Assembly (NCBI GenBank): GCA_964016885.1
Contig: OZ024740.1
Coordinates: 286,998,001-287,062,000 of the forward strand
Length of the DNA: 64,000 bases
Direction: 5' to 3'
From: Eledone cirrhosa
Taxonomy: Eukaryota
A program made the translations under genes and the position numbers. Positions 12,987-26,566 of the stretch are shown here, in pieces (the first letter of the stretch is position 1; each line of letters opens with the position of its first letter). The notes beneath the pieces were generated by a model. The model had not been told where the DNA came from, made no database searches, and saw only the letters and a program-made list of their open reading frames with translations.

Positions 12987-13849
12987 TTGTATTAAAAAAC
13001 GTTTTTTAAAATTTTGTTGAAGATATCTGCTGGTTCATTAAATGGAATAAAACTTTTCCCTTGTTTTAATAATATCTATAGTACAATTTATTGCAATTTA
13101 CCCATGAAATACAATGAAATGGAAAGAAAAAAAATGGAATTTATCAAAAGTGAAAACAGAAAAAGGAGAATTTGCTAAGAGTAAAACCAGAATTAAGTGA
13201 AATTTGAAATGGAAAATTTGTTCCCTTTTAACTCACATATCCCATTTACTATCATATGCATATTCATTTTGAGGAAAACAAATAGTAGTCTATCAGCTGT
13301 ATTGCAGACTAGCATTATAATTGGTGGAAATCACACCTTCCCCCAATTTCATCTCACTTTTGGCTTGCTATGCTCCTTCCCCAGGACACAATGTCCTTTT
13401 TCAGTTCTTGAGTTAGAGAGTCCTTGCCTACACCAATCCCTATAAATACTGCCATTTTCATCAGAAGTACGACCTGGGAGAGAGCAGTTTGATAGAGTCT
13501 ATAGTAATCTATGTATGTAGCATTATAAAGGATGTCACCTTCCTCAGGAGTATAACAAACCCTCGAGAAATAAGGTTAGATCATTGGTGTAGCTAGAGCT
13601 TGTGTCTCCTGGGGTGATGTTTGAGTTTTTGCCACCATACCCCTCCATCCTTTTGAAAAAATGTAACACAATACACATCATATAAACTTGCTACTGGGGC
13701 TGGAGCTGAGACTGCCCTACTCCCTCTACACAGCTATGTTATTGTGTTTGATACTCAATGTCTACAGTAATCTATGTAACTAACTTGATATCTTCATCAC
13801 CAGTATGACACCATAGAAGAGGGGAGTTTAGATAGTGAAATAAATCTAA

Positions 13850-13965
13850 ATAATTGTTTCTACTTTAGGCACAAGGCAGCAATTACCCAGTGCATTACTG
13901 GTACTTTATTTTATCTACCCCGTAAGGATGAAAGGCAAAGTCAAACTCGGCGGGATTTGAACTAA
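13850..13965 (-). mobile_element. Meta-domain SINE fragment
   Basis: Matches 29035-29148 in reverse complement. Confidence 0.85.
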
Positions 13966-14455
13966 ATCTAAATAATAATCTTTAAAAATAATCTCATTTT
14001 CCCCAGGAGTTTCAGATTCAATTCCATTTTGCACTGGAACACCACTATGACTATCACCATGGCCAGCATCATAACTACCACAATGCAGACAATGATGACC
14101 TCCACCACCACCACAACCACCATGATCACTACCACAACACCGACAACGATGACCACTACCACCACCACCACTGCCACCTCTGCTTTTGAAAAAATGCAAA
14201 AATTCTTTTGATCATAGATCAGGTTAATCATGGCTGACTTGGTGTTAAATAGTAACAATGACAATAACATATGTAGTATGACTATTATGACTGTTGATGT
14301 TGGGAGATATATGTACATGAGGTGGGTAAACATGTGTGTAGCAATGCTTATAAGACACATGGGCCCTTAACAGATTTTTAGCTTTCTCTGATGGCAAAAT
14401 TATTCAAAATGATTGGAATGTATGGTTTTACCTTCCTAGTATTATCCACCATTAC

Positions 14456-14638
14456 AGGGGTGGATTAACCATTAAGCCAAATAAGTACATGTTTAGATTA
14501 TAAAAGGAAGATGGTCATTATTTTATTCAAATTAAATGTATTTTTTGTAAACATTTTTTTATGTTGCAAACTTTTTATATGGAAGGCACCATTGTCTTTT
14601 AAGTACTTAGGGCCTCAAAATAACTTAATCTAGCCTTG
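14456..14638. mobile_element. hAT-like MITE
   Basis: Ends CAGGGGTGGATTAA...TTAATCTAGCCTTG; related copies near 8013-8188 and 10495-10560. Confidence 0.55.
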
Positions 14639-15071
14639 CAACATTGAGGACTTGGAGTGACGGACCATATTTAATCTGGAACCTCAACCTCAACATTGTT
14701 GGGTGATCCTACTAGGAGTAAGATGCTCCCCATGACATCAGAGGAACATGCAAACCACTCCACAATGCCAAGATATGTTCTGGGAATATGTAGCAATCAT
14801 ATATCAGATAGATTGGCTGATACCTTCTGAGTGGAATTTGAGAGATGAAAGAAACCCAGGCATATGTACAACTAATAACCCTTTCTAGCCTCCATGGTTG
14901 ATACTAAAGAAAAAAAAACAAAAAAAAAACAGACTATTGAACAAAATGCCTGTGATATTTAGTTGCAGCCCTTTACATACTGAAGTCAGCCTTGCTTTCC
15001 TCCTTAACATACAGTATCAGTGAAGTATTGGATTGAGTATATTCCTATAAGGATAATGATAATGATAACAA

Positions 15072-15285
15072 TTAAAATTATTGTGCACAGTGCTCAGGTG
15101 CACTACGACTCATCAAAGGTGCATGTATAGTACATAGAATAATGTACAAATGTCAGGAAAGTGAACAGTGTATGAGTCATGATGTACACACATGCGTGTG
15201 TATAGAGGGGGAATATCAGGTGTAGTGTTGGCAAATTTTGAGAAGCATGGAAGTTTTGAAGGATGCAGTGTCCCAGCAGCATGCA
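15072..15285 (-). mobile_element. CR1 LINE 3' end
   Basis: Reverse complement of about 32275-32490. Confidence 0.85.
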
Positions 15286-16049
15286 ACAATACATTATAGA
15301 TGTGAATAAAACTATTAAAAAACTTTACTTTTCTGTTTATGAAGTGTGTCCTTATGTCAATGTTTAAAATCATCAATATCACCATTATAAGTCAATGAGG
15401 AATCTTCTAAATCAATCATGGGCTAACTGCAACCTATTTGGCTTTCTGAATGGTATGCCTAATTTCAAAAGTGCCTTGAATTTCTTTTAGTAATGTGGCC
15501 TGCCTTATGATGAATCATATCCTATGCAACCCACTGCTCGAAAAAGGTTACCCATGCCAAGTCTGCTAGAAATATCAGCCAAATCTTACTTAAATCACAC
15601 CATCCATATTAAAAAAGAGGGGAACATTGGATAATACAATCCAAGATATACTCTCTTTAGAAAAAGATGGGATGATCATGTCTGGAATGCTTTTATGCTA
15701 GGTCTGTTGGATAAAAGATGACCTGGGGTTAAAAAGCACCCTCACCATGATAATTACTATGGCAAAAGCAGTGGATGGTAGAATTGGTAGAGTGTTGTAC
15801 AAAATGCTTTGTGGTATTTAATTATTTTTAGCTCCTAGTCAGCTCTGAGTGAGCAGATCTATGATCAAAGCATTTCAACCATAACTATCCCATCATATTT
15901 TCAATGTATCTATGACTAAATTATCAATATGTCCTTCATTTTTAAAGGTAGTAAGGCAAAAGAACACAAATGCTGCCAAATTCAAAATAACATCATTGCA
16001 CCTCACCTCACTTATGCCCGAACAGCATGCCACCAGAGCCTTTGATTGC

Positions 16050-16540
16050 TCTATATGCATGGCTTCACAATAACTGAGAATCTCTCATAGTAAACACATA
16101 TTTTCATCATAGTCAGAATTGCATCTCAATAACTGGCCCTTCTATTCAGAGTTAAAAAATACTTCAACAGTCCACAACTTATGACTCTTAACTGGACTCT
16201 GGTAAACTTACAATGCAGTACTGCTCCCACATCTGGGATGGTGCTGCTGTTGCTCACACTGTCATAGTGGACTACATACAGCTAAAAGCCATTTGGGTAA
16301 TAAGTAAAGAGCCATTCACTGATATTCTCTAGCCTCTGTCCCATAGCTGTGTTGACTCCCTGTTCTGCATATTCTACTGTTACTACATTAGCCTCAGCTC
16401 CTTAGAACTCACTAGTTTCATACTTCCTTTATTCAGGCATTCCTGACTCCCTCGTCTCTCCTTACACCACCCAGGTTGTGTTTAACCTTCCAGATAGTGC
16501 GCTAATGATTTTGCCTAATTCTTTCTGTCCAGAACATAGA
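16050..16540 (+). mobile_element. Heavily decayed CR1/Jockey-group LINE C-terminal fragment
   Basis: Residual YCSHIWDGAA...IQLKAI motif around 16215-16300. Confidence 0.55.
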
Positions 16541-17796
16541 GCCCCAGGACCCCCCCCCCCCCCCGCTCAAGTTTTTTTTAAAATGGAGTGTACTGACAAC
16601 AATTTAAATGGAACATTTACAGCATTGATCTCTTTGGTCTCGGAAGACCTTTGAAATTTACGGCCATTGACCCTACCCCCAGACTTACCAAGTAAAAGAA
16701 AAAAGGGTCAAAATTTGGGGTTTTGAGTTCAAATCCCATCAACGTTATTTTTAAACCTTCAGAGGTCAACAAAATTAAGTACGAGCCAAACATTGGATCT
16801 AATTTCATCGATACCCCTGCCTGTGCCTATGCTAAAACCATTAATTAATAGCAGTAACGTCGCGGTAGAAGTGGTGATATAAATACAGCATTAATAGCAG
16901 AACAGTAGTTGAGTAATAGAAAAAAACAATATCAGCAGTAATAGTGGTAGCAGCAGTGGTAATAATAGCAAGTGTAGTTATGTTCGTGAGACTGCAGTCA
17001 ATAAAGTTCGTATTTACTAAGCCAAACCCTCCCGTGGCAAACCCTAGCGCTGTCACCCAACAAACTGGGGTTGTCTCCCTTGTCAGCTGTAGAAGGGCGT
17101 CATCAGATTGACCCCCCCCCCTCTTGTATATACATACATCATAATATATCATCATCATCAACAACATTTAACGTCTGTTTTCCCTACCAACAAGGGCTGT
17201 ACATATACACACACACACACATACGCACGCATGAGAATAGAAATGCGCAAATAAACAAATAAGCACTTATGTGAAGGCATCAACTAAATCGTTACTAACA
17301 CCAGCGGATATTGACACGCGGACAAACATACACAAACTATTACTGTTGTTATCTATGTAAAACCATCAATGTATCTCAAAAGACACTCAGGAACATAGAT
17401 AAATTTAATCTACACACAGTCACATCTACATACAAACTTCCTTACACATTCAAACTTACAACTTACTACTTCCTTCCACTCTCTCTCGCTCTCTCTCTCT
17501 CCCCCTCTCTCTCTGATTGTCTGCGCGCAACTATCTATCTAACTCTCTATCTGTTCATTCATCTATTTAATTTTATATATGGTTTTAACAACGAAATCTT
17601 GAACATTCTCCAGTCGTAGGACGAACTCACTAGCGACACTTACAGACTAAATGCTGTCACACAGCTGACAACACACAGCAGAATTTTTCACTTAGGTATG
17701 TTGCGTATTCCTATTCTTCTCGTTATTCTTCTTATTTATATCTTCTTTTAAAAATATTCTTTACCTCTGACATTCCAACTTCAACGTTTATTTGTT

Positions 17797-17831
<35 letters not shown>

Positions 17832-17981
17832 GCATATGTGAAAAAATGTGAAACATATATAATTAAAAATATGTATGTTTATGTGTGTGCGCGCGGCCAG
17901 TACAATTAAAAATATGCATGTTCATGTGTGTGTGTGCGCGCGCGCATATGTGTATGTATGTATATATATATATATATATAT

Positions 17982-18180
17982 ATAGGAACGAGTAGGACCC
18001 CGACGGCTGAGCTCAAGCCGTTTCGACTGGACTAAATTTAGTCCAGAATTAGCCGTCGAAACGGCTTGAGCTCAGCCGTCGGGGTCCTACTCATTCCTAT
18101 TACCCACTCTACTACCCTAAGTATTGAGTACTTTGGTGCGTTATGGTCTACCTGGTTCTTTACCACATTTCCTTCGTTAT
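17982..18180 (+). mobile_element. Fold-back PLE-like terminus (family A) with 3' half of an HHR
   Basis: Palindrome 17982-18100; GAAA-CGGCT-TGAGCTC-AGCCG-TC; 80-nt unique tail; (TA)n on both sides. Confidence 0.7.
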
Positions 18181-19514
18181 ATATATATATATATTATAAT
18201 AGACGGTAAACGTTACTGTTCTAACACCAAACCCCAACTACAGGCGGAGAGCTAAGTACATTTGTGTATGACCATGATGTCTAGTTTTCATATTAGTTGT
18301 ACATTATTTATGTTTGTAAACGGAAAACAACTAATACTTTCTTTAAAAATATGTAATTGTCATTAACTCCATTGTATATAAAAAACATGTTTCTTAAACA
18401 TTCGGCGGTGTGCAACTCTGCGCTTGTTTTAAGTTTGATGTCAAAAACTTAAGGACAACCCACCAGCACCACACTCGCAATATGTGCGAGTGAATGTGTT
18501 TAAAAAGGTGGTAGAACCCGTCGATCGTTAACCCTTTCCTCTGTGTCATGTTGATCTGTTGTAAGTTAGGTTAATGTATTCCTTTCTACCAAGACAGTTT
18601 CTATGTGGTAAAAAAGGGTTTCAGAACGGGATAAACTTTTATTTTGAATGTCTAAAAGCTAAGTAGATGATATGTCAGCTAAATTGACAATTATCGGATT
18701 AAAACGAAGACTTTTTTTTAGCCAGCCGATTAGTAATTCATCGTAATGATATAATAACAACAGTAATAAGATGTGTGATTGCGGTATTAATAATTATTGT
18801 TTTAATTGTTGTTGTTATACATAGAGAAATGTCTTGCTGTTTTAGCGAATTCTTTTTTATTTCTGTACTAACTACTTCACCATAACTTCTCCGACACACG
18901 ACACACACACACACACATGGATGTATCTGTGTGTGTAAACACTAACATAGCCATAACTTACGTAAATACAGTTGTTTAATCACATCTATATTAAATATTC
19001 AGCGTGCTGAAGATAGTGCTCAAGTATGGTCTTAGTCATAATGACTTAACATCCATATATGATTCTTCTATCTTTCTCAATGATTATGAGTATCACAGAT
19101 ATTAGATCTCGAAATAAGAAAACGAAAATATCGAATTCACCGGATTCTTTTCTCATGCCTCGCCAATACACACACACGAACCGACGGGTGGACCCTAATT
19201 CGAACGGTAACGCAATGAAATCGGTCAATTGGACTAGATATTTTGTTTACTTATTTCGAGATATAACGTTAAGGATTTACACACACACACACACACATAC
19301 ACACACCCATACTTGCATACATGCATTCATACGTACATGTGCGCAAGCGAGTGTGTATGCGTGTGTGTGTTTTATACATGTGGTATACATGCAGATAGGA
19401 GTATTTGAAATTGATAATTCGGATATATAAACAATGCAGATTGGAGGGATTTAGTCTTTAACCCATTTGATACCCACCCACCTGAAACTGCCCATGGTTC
19501 TATGATATAAAATC

Positions 19515-19960
19515 ATTATCATCATTTTTACGTCCGCTTTCCACACTGGCATAATTTGGACGGGTTGTGACGGTCCTTGATTAGGGGGGTCGGCGCGACC
19601 TTATTAAGCTCACATGTTCCATATTTAATATGGTTTCGACACTTGGATACTTTTCATAATGCCAATCATCTCGCAGGGTAGTGTGTACTGGATGCGTTTC
19701 TTTCTTCTTCCTTTTTTCGTGGCACCACCAATACAGAGAGTACTGGATGTGTTTTATTTTGGCACTCGCACCAGAAACATTGCCACATACGTACATGCTT
19801 ATTCAGACTGGGGTCCTGCCAAATACTATATTGTCTCCATTCGATCGCCAAACATGGTAACCTCCGATTTCTCACTACATTTACTTTTCTTGTCGCACGG
19901 ATGGACCGGTCTTTTGTATTTTGGCACATCGCCAGTCAACTCGGTCTTGTGCCCGCCTTC
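19515..19960 (-). mobile_element. RTE-tailed SINE-like element nested in a TTAA-ended MITE
   Basis: TCATCATTTTTACGTCCGCTTTCCACACTGGCAT is the reverse-complement tail; a MITE end TTAACCCATTTGATACC lies at 19458. Confidence 0.55.
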
Positions 19961-20229
19961 GTGAGGTTCACTTTGTTTTTAAATATTCATATTTTTATTT
20001 ATGTGAAAACTTTTTATTAAACTATGCACCAAACACTGGCTCAATACACCAATTAACCAAAAAGTTATTTAATCTTGACTAAATCTCTTCAAATTTTTGA
20101 TTATCAAAATATATTCGAACTATGTATTTAACTTGCAAGTGAGATATTTGTATTTAGCATGTAGGGCACTGCATATTGTTGATATTCACAATCACTCCCC
20201 CCCCTCTCTCTATCTATCTATATATATAT

Positions 20230-20441
20230 ATAACGAAGGAGTTGTGGTAAGGAACCAGATGGACCATAAGGCACCAGAGTACTCAATACTTAGGATAATA
20301 GGAAAATGTGGGTAATAGGAAAATGTATGACCCCGACGGCAGAGCTCAAGCCGTTTCGACGGCTATTTCTGGACTGAAATAGTCTAGAAATAGCCGTCGA
20401 AACGGCTTGAGCTCTGCCGTCGGGGTCATACATTTTCCTAT
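20230..20441 (-). mobile_element. Fold-back PLE-like terminus (family A)
   Basis: Inverted relative of 17982-18180; palindrome 20315-20441; (TA)n on both sides. Confidence 0.7.
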
Positions 20442-20461
20442 ATATATATATATATATATAT

Positions 20462-20846
20462 AGTGTATTGGTGTGTAATATTTAGTTACTGATGGTTCAC
20501 CAGTTTGAGCACTCAATGCTAATATGTGGGTCCGGCTATCGATGTAGGATTCTACGTTTGGTACTTCACCATTATTGGTATCATTAAGAAGTAAAGTGTC
20601 AATGATAATAATAAGGAGCAGGAACGAAATATCAATATAACATCAATGTTTATTCACACGTGACGCGCGTTTCGCGATCGATCAGATCAAGGTACAATCG
20701 GTAGTGATCGGGGCCGACTCTGGAATCGATAGCTCATCGGACTTGTCGATTTCGAAAATCCACAAGTCCGTTGAGCTGTTGATTCTAGAGTCGGGTCCGA
20801 TCATTACCGATCGTACCTTGAGCTAATCGATCGCGAAACGCGCGTC
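20462..20846 (-). mobile_element. Fold-back PLE-like terminus (family B) with GAAACGCGCGTC HHR 3' half
   Basis: Palindrome 20662-20846; the tail abuts (TA)n at 20461. Confidence 0.7.
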
Positions 20847-22427
20847 TGCTCCTTGGACCTGATATTTGAAACCAACTGTTGAAAGTAACGGAAATGTTTC
20901 AGTCTTGTTAGATCTCCTCAGTGAAGTATATTCTACTAGGTTGGCAAGACAAATCAATATATATTTGGTTTTAAATACCAGATATATTCAATCATTGTCT
21001 ATATCGTCCAATGGTTTTTGATAAAATAATATAATTAGAGTTATCTCCCTTGCTTGTTTTTTTAAAAAGATTTTAAACACTCAAAGGAAGTTTTTGTCTA
21101 CTAATCGTCTGAATAATTTTAGCTGATTAAAAAAATTCCACTGGCTATATTACATATGTGAGACCCAACTGTATTCCTCAATATATAATATTTTCTCCCA
21201 TGAAGTAAAACAGGAAAACGAAAGATTAAGTTCATTTTGTTCTAAGTTAGGGATTGGTTTCAATGGGCGTGACTTTAATAGGCTCTCCCATACAGGTGGG
21301 ACTGCTGTGACTGATGTACAGTGGAAACAAGTGTAAGTCAATATCTGCAGAGAGGGATGTCAGCAGTCTGAACTGAATACATAGAGCAGAGTGAGTTCTA
21401 ATAGAGGCACTCAAGGACCAAGTAGAGAAGTTAGGATTGCAACCCAAATAGATAGGAGTGTGTGATCGTTTTTACGTCGACCTTTTTGATGCTGCCATAA
21501 TAAAGGTGTATATGCCTTCATATACACCTCTGTTATATATATATATTATGTTGCTGTCACTATACCAGTGTTGAGGCTGTTATATAATGCACTTGGCACA
21601 TCCCGTGGTGTGGGTGACATTCAACCGGTAATAATAACATACGGGAAGGGTTCTTTAGTCAAATCAATAACAAATATCCTCCTTAGTGTTGGTTCTACAA
21701 TAAAATGCACCCAGTGGTTAGAATATATTATATATACTCCAACGTTCACTAATCTTAGACACCCATTGAAAAATACATGCTTCATTTCATTCCAGTTGTT
21801 GCAAATCTTCTACATTCAAGGCTCTCGTTTCACTCCCATGCAGCATCACATTTCATGCTTAAGCATCATATAATCTGCCATTCACTCTGATAGAAACACC
21901 CATTATAGACAACATAAGTGACAGACAACTATGTAAACTTCTCCCACTCCGTACTCAATCTGGTTGCTATGTTGCCTTTCAACCAGCCAAGATCCATAAA
22001 ATAAGTACCAGTCCAATCAATTTATATATGAGGTCACATTGAATAATGCTGTCTGAGATACATTAAATCTGAACAAGATAGTTATGGCTGAAACACCTTT
22101 GATCACAGGCCCGTGTGTGTGTTGTGGATTAATCCCATGTTAGTTAGGATCAAGCATAATGTTCAAAGGCATTCCAAGCATAAAATATCCAGGATCACCC
22201 TATCCAATGTCCTTCCTATTTTACAAATAGTTGATGGGATTAGGGGAAGATGTTACTGTTCCCAAACATATTGTACAATTGTTTGTTTTTTTAAACAAAG
22301 ATGACTACCAGAATGAGTTGGTGTTTATATGTATCATCGGTAAGAGACACTACATAGTTGATGCATTTGTTGAGAAGAGTCGTTTCAGTTGTAACACAGA
22401 ACAAAACACAAGAGGAAGACTGTGCTA

Positions 22428-22555
22428 TAATTGTTTCTACTTTAGGCACAAGGCCAGCAATTATCCAGTGCATTACTGGTACTTTATTTTATCGACCCCG
22501 TAAGGATGAAAGGCAAAGTAAACCTCGGCGGGATTTGAACTCAGACCGTAAAGAC
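22428..22555 (-). mobile_element. Meta-domain SINE
   Basis: Matches the 28969 family; a further copy lies at 23003-23138. Confidence 0.85.
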
Positions 22556-24011
22556 TGTGTTATAATACATGTTGTTTAGTCACAGGTCAGCCCAGATCAA
22601 GCCGACCTATGATCAGATGCATTCCACCAGTGACCACCCATATGTGTGAAAGTGCGTGGCTGAGTGGTGAGGGTGTTGGACTCACGACCGTAACGTCGTG
22701 TGTTGGATTCCTGAACTTAGCAGCACGTTGTATTCTTGTGTAAGATACAATTGATTTTAACGTTAGGACCGAGACTCCTATTATTAAAGCACCCGAGAAA
22801 TCCCCATGAGATACAACATCGTATGAGGTCATCTAAACTCGCATAGGTGTGATCTGTAATTTGATTTTTTCATTTTATTTTTCCTATGTGTAGGGAACCC
22901 ATAACCATATTATCCAATGTCTTATTTGAAGAAGAAAAGAATATTTTTATATTATTTCTAGCAAATGAGACGATTACAAATAAACTCCCGCACAGTCTCG
23001 TAATAATGATTTCTACTATAGACACAAAGCCAACAATTTGGGGGAGGGGAAAGTCGATTATATCGACCTCAGTGCATTACTGGTGCTTTATTTTATCGAC
23101 CCCGTAAGGATGAAAGGCAAAACTAACCTCGGCGGGATACAGTTAGATTAGGTATGTTTAGTGTAACAACTAAATGTTTTAGTGTAACAACTACTGTTTC
23201 AGGCAGTGCTTTTCAATAAGAAAAAAAAAAAAATGTCTAGCGATTCAATAAGACATATCTTGTAATCTCTTTCTTTCCTATTCACCTACACCTCTGCCTG
23301 TCTTTCAATACATTTCTCTCTTGTTGTTTATCAAATATCCTCAAGCGCGATGTTCTGTCGTTATAACGACTGGTGATGATTGTGATACAGTGTAATTCGG
23401 CATAAAAGAACTTAACATTTGTTTATCTAGAACCGGGAACTATACAAACTTTGTCTACATTCTTTCCCATTCAGAGATACAGCGAGAGATTAATGTCTAA
23501 ACATTAGCAAACATCTGTTTAGTCCTCCTTCTGTAAAGTAGTTGGTCGGTTGTCAATTTTTTTAATCTTTTACATAAATATCATCGACCAAATGGTTAAA
23601 ACGATCTTAAACATATTTCTATGACAAAATCAACTGGTTGTTTAGCACCAGGTCAGACCCAATCGAACAGACACATGATCAAAGACGTTTCAGCCTAGAC
23701 CAACAGTTCCTCTCCAGATGTAGTGCAAACCTTCCGGCACTAAGGAGATATATGGGAACCCTTCGTCCGCTGGCGAAATTTCACGCGCATTCACATTTGA
23801 ACAATTACAAATCGTCAACGAAGTCTCTAAAACCAATATGATATAAATTATTGTTTACCTTTTAACCATATATATATATATTACACAAAACGCCAGCACC
23901 AACAGTTTTGCAAGAGATGTCATCATGAATGAACCTGTTATTTTTAACTAAAGACATTTTTTTCCAATTCCAGCCCACCCGTCCCCTCAATCTATCTTAT
24001 TTCTCATTCTT

Positions 24012-24046
24012 TCTTCTGATGAAAGACTAGCGTCCGAAACGTTAAG
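24012..24046 (+). ncRNA. Minimal type I hammerhead ribozyme motif
   Basis: TCTT-CTGATGA-AAGAC TAGC GTCC-GAAA-CGT-T-AAGA: stem I TCTT/AAGA, palindromic ACGT helix III. Confidence 0.7.
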
Positions 24047-24133
24047 ACTCTCTTCCTGCTATATCAAGCGTTAACCTAATATATCCCTTCCATATACTGT
24101 ACCGATTGTGTTGTTATTTCTGTTTACCTTTTA

Positions 24134-24139
24134 CACACA

Positions 24140-24175
<36 letters not shown>

Positions 24176-24189
24176 CACACGCACGCGCA

Positions 24190-24251
<62 letters not shown>
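24134..24251. repeat. (CACG)n(CA)n microsatellite
   Basis: Directly visible. Confidence 0.95.
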
Positions 24252-24255
<4 letters not shown>

Positions 24256-24521
24256 GCCAAAAACAATATTAAAATGATGATTATACACCATTTTTGTTCT
24301 ATCCACGTACATTACGATCTGACAAAATCGTTCTAAAATTCCTATTTAGAATTCACCAAACAATTAAAAGCAGGACAAAAGAGTGTGTGTGTGTGGGGGA
24401 GGGGGGAGGGAGGGGGTGATGTTTTAAATATTTCCCTTTATGTATGCTAAAAGCTAGCGTTTCCTACCACTTGTGTTATCTGTTTCTCTCCAATCTATCC
24501 TTTTATACACACACACATACA

Positions 24522-24567
<46 letters not shown>

Positions 24568-24573
<6 letters not shown>

Positions 24574-24760
24574 TAAAATAACAGATTAAAGTTTAAGCAA
24601 AGAATCGCTGCTTTCACCCTTAACTTTCAGAAGATCCCGTTAAGGGTGAAAGCAGCGATTCTTTGCTTAAACTTTAATCTGTTATTTTAATTGCTCTACG
24701 GTTCTTATATATTTGATATATATTTATCCTTATCGAGCCCTCTTTGGATTTTAGTCTTCA
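24568..24760 (+). mobile_element. Fold-back PLE-like terminus (family C) with CAGAAGA HHR variant
   Basis: Inverted arms about 24573-24624 / 24639-24691; same family at 46503, 49186 and 61390. Confidence 0.7.
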
Positions 24761-24909
24761 TGCTTTCCAGCATAGTTACGTCCCTTTACAATCTGAGTTC
24801 AAATCCCGCCGAGATGACTTTGCCTTTCATCCTTACGGGGTCGATAAAATAAAGTACCAGTAATGCACTGGGCAATTGCTGGCTTTGTGCCTAAAGTAGA
24901 AACAATTAT

Positions 24910-24910
<1 letters not shown>
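24760..24910 (+). mobile_element. Meta-domain SINE, 5'-truncated
   Basis: B box GAGTTCAAATC followed by GCCTTTCATCC. Confidence 0.85.
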
Positions 24911-24954
<44 letters not shown>

Positions 24955-25877
24955 TATTGAAGTTTCCGTTGAAAATTGAAAAAGTCATAGGAGTGAAGAG
25001 TGCTCTATATGTTACAGAGCTAAATTTAATGTATAATAAAAAATACAATATAATTACCTCATTACCAGAGGTTTCCCGAATAAGACGAATACAAGAAACG
25101 TCCTCATTCGTTCGTCAGACAAGGCAATTTAAAACAGTGAAATATTTGAAAAATCTCAAGAAAGGCAAAAGTTTAACGGGCAAAAAATATATATAAATAA
25201 AAGTAATGCAAGAGATATATAAAAATAAAATAAGGAAATATAGCAAGGGTATGTGTATAAATGTGTGTATATGCACCTACAAATGTACATATGTGTGTAT
25301 GTACAAGTGCGTAAGTACATACATGAGGGCAAGCATATCAGTGTATGTGTGACCACAAATACGTATATAATATATGTTGAAAAAAGAAATTGTAAGATAA
25401 TAGAGTTAGCGTACATACAGACTCAGGGACTAAGGATTGTAATATATACACATACAAGTATGAAAGCACGCGTATAAACACGCACATACGCGCAACCACA
25501 CATGTATGTGATATATACAGGGAAGGGAGTGTGTCAGTCAAAGCAGTGTCAGGCTGAAGGTCGATGCAGATATAAAAATATATTTTTTCACTATACACAT
25601 GCATTTGTACATACACACATATGTACATTTGTAGGTGCATATACACACATTTAAATACATACCCTTACTATATTTCCTTATTTTGTTTTTATATATCTCT
25701 TGCATTACTCTTATTTATATATTTTTTTTGCCTGTTAAACTTTTGCCTTTCTTGAGGAGATTTTTCAAACATTTCACTATGTTTTAAATTGCCTTGTCTG
25801 ACGAACGAATGAGGACGTTTCTTGTATTCGTCTTATTCGGGGAAACCTCTGGTAATGAGGTAATTATATTGTATTGT
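24955..25877. mobile_element. Inverted-repeat PLE-like terminus (family D), two HHRs facing outward
   Basis: About 270-bp inverted arms (25042-25312 / 25597-25875) around a spacer; (TA)n on both sides. Confidence 0.75.
25789..25863 (+). ncRNA. Complete type I hammerhead ribozyme motif (mirror copy 25054-25127 on minus strand)
   Basis: TTGCCTTGT-CTGACGA-stem II (CGAATGAGGACG/CGTCTTATTCG)-GAAA-CC TCT GG-TA-ATGAGGTAA; 9-bp stem I with wobbles; GUA cleavage triplet. Confidence 0.8.
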
Positions 25878-25878
25878 T

Positions 25879-25942
<64 letters not shown>

Positions 25943-25971
25943 GTGGTTACACAACAGTTAGTTCACCATAC

Positions 25972-26009
25972 CGAGAACAATTGTTTCACCTTAGCGGATT
26001 CTCAGCTCG
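25972..26009 (-). ncRNA. Minimal HHR-like motif inside a ~95-bp insert between two (TA)n tracts
   Basis: Minus strand reads CGAG-CTGAGAA-TCCGCTAAGGT-GAAA-CAATTGT-T-CTCG; the core deviates from CUGANGA. Confidence 0.55.
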
Positions 26010-26034
26010 TAATGGGCATGGTTATACGGAACAG

Positions 26035-26107
<73 letters not shown>

Positions 26108-26179
26108 GTGTTTTTCGTTGTTGTTATGTCAATTGACTAATTTCCCGTATGTTAAATCATTATAGTTTCGCTCTGTAAC

Positions 26180-26566
26180 CGCGTATACTTCCATGTATTG
26201 CGTGCATTTGTCTATAACGCGCACTCTTTTTTGACCAGAAAAATGTCAAGAAAAGTTTTGTTGAATAACGCACAGGAGAAACCGGGAACATCTGCCACTG
26301 GACATTCAAGCTATACACAGTATCAGTAAAACTTTATTCAAACATTATATTATATAATATTGTGTAAGAAAAGGTATGATCGAAGTCAAAAGGTACTCGT
26401 TGGTTTATTCTTGATACAGTTTCCTGTCTTCTGTTGGCTGCTTTCTCGGGAACAAGCCTGAAAAAAAAGCCAGAAAGATTTAATTCTGGTGTATACTCTG
26501 CACCCCCAAAATGAACAAGGAAAAAAGTGGGGAGAAAAATGCTCGATATACCCGGAAAATACAGTA
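26180..26566. mobile_element. Decayed pogo/Tigger-type MITE
   Basis: Ends resemble CGTATACTTCCATGTAT / ATATACCCGGAAAATACAGTA. Confidence 0.45.

Noticed and set aside
17982-20441. One 2.4-kb DNA transposon with family A as TIRs
   Set aside because: The two copies are diverged and each is independently bounded by (TA)n; a third solo copy exists at 45761.
21131-21336. About 68-codon open stretch ending near GTAAGT
   Set aside because: No recognisable homology, and an in-frame stop follows the nearest acceptor.
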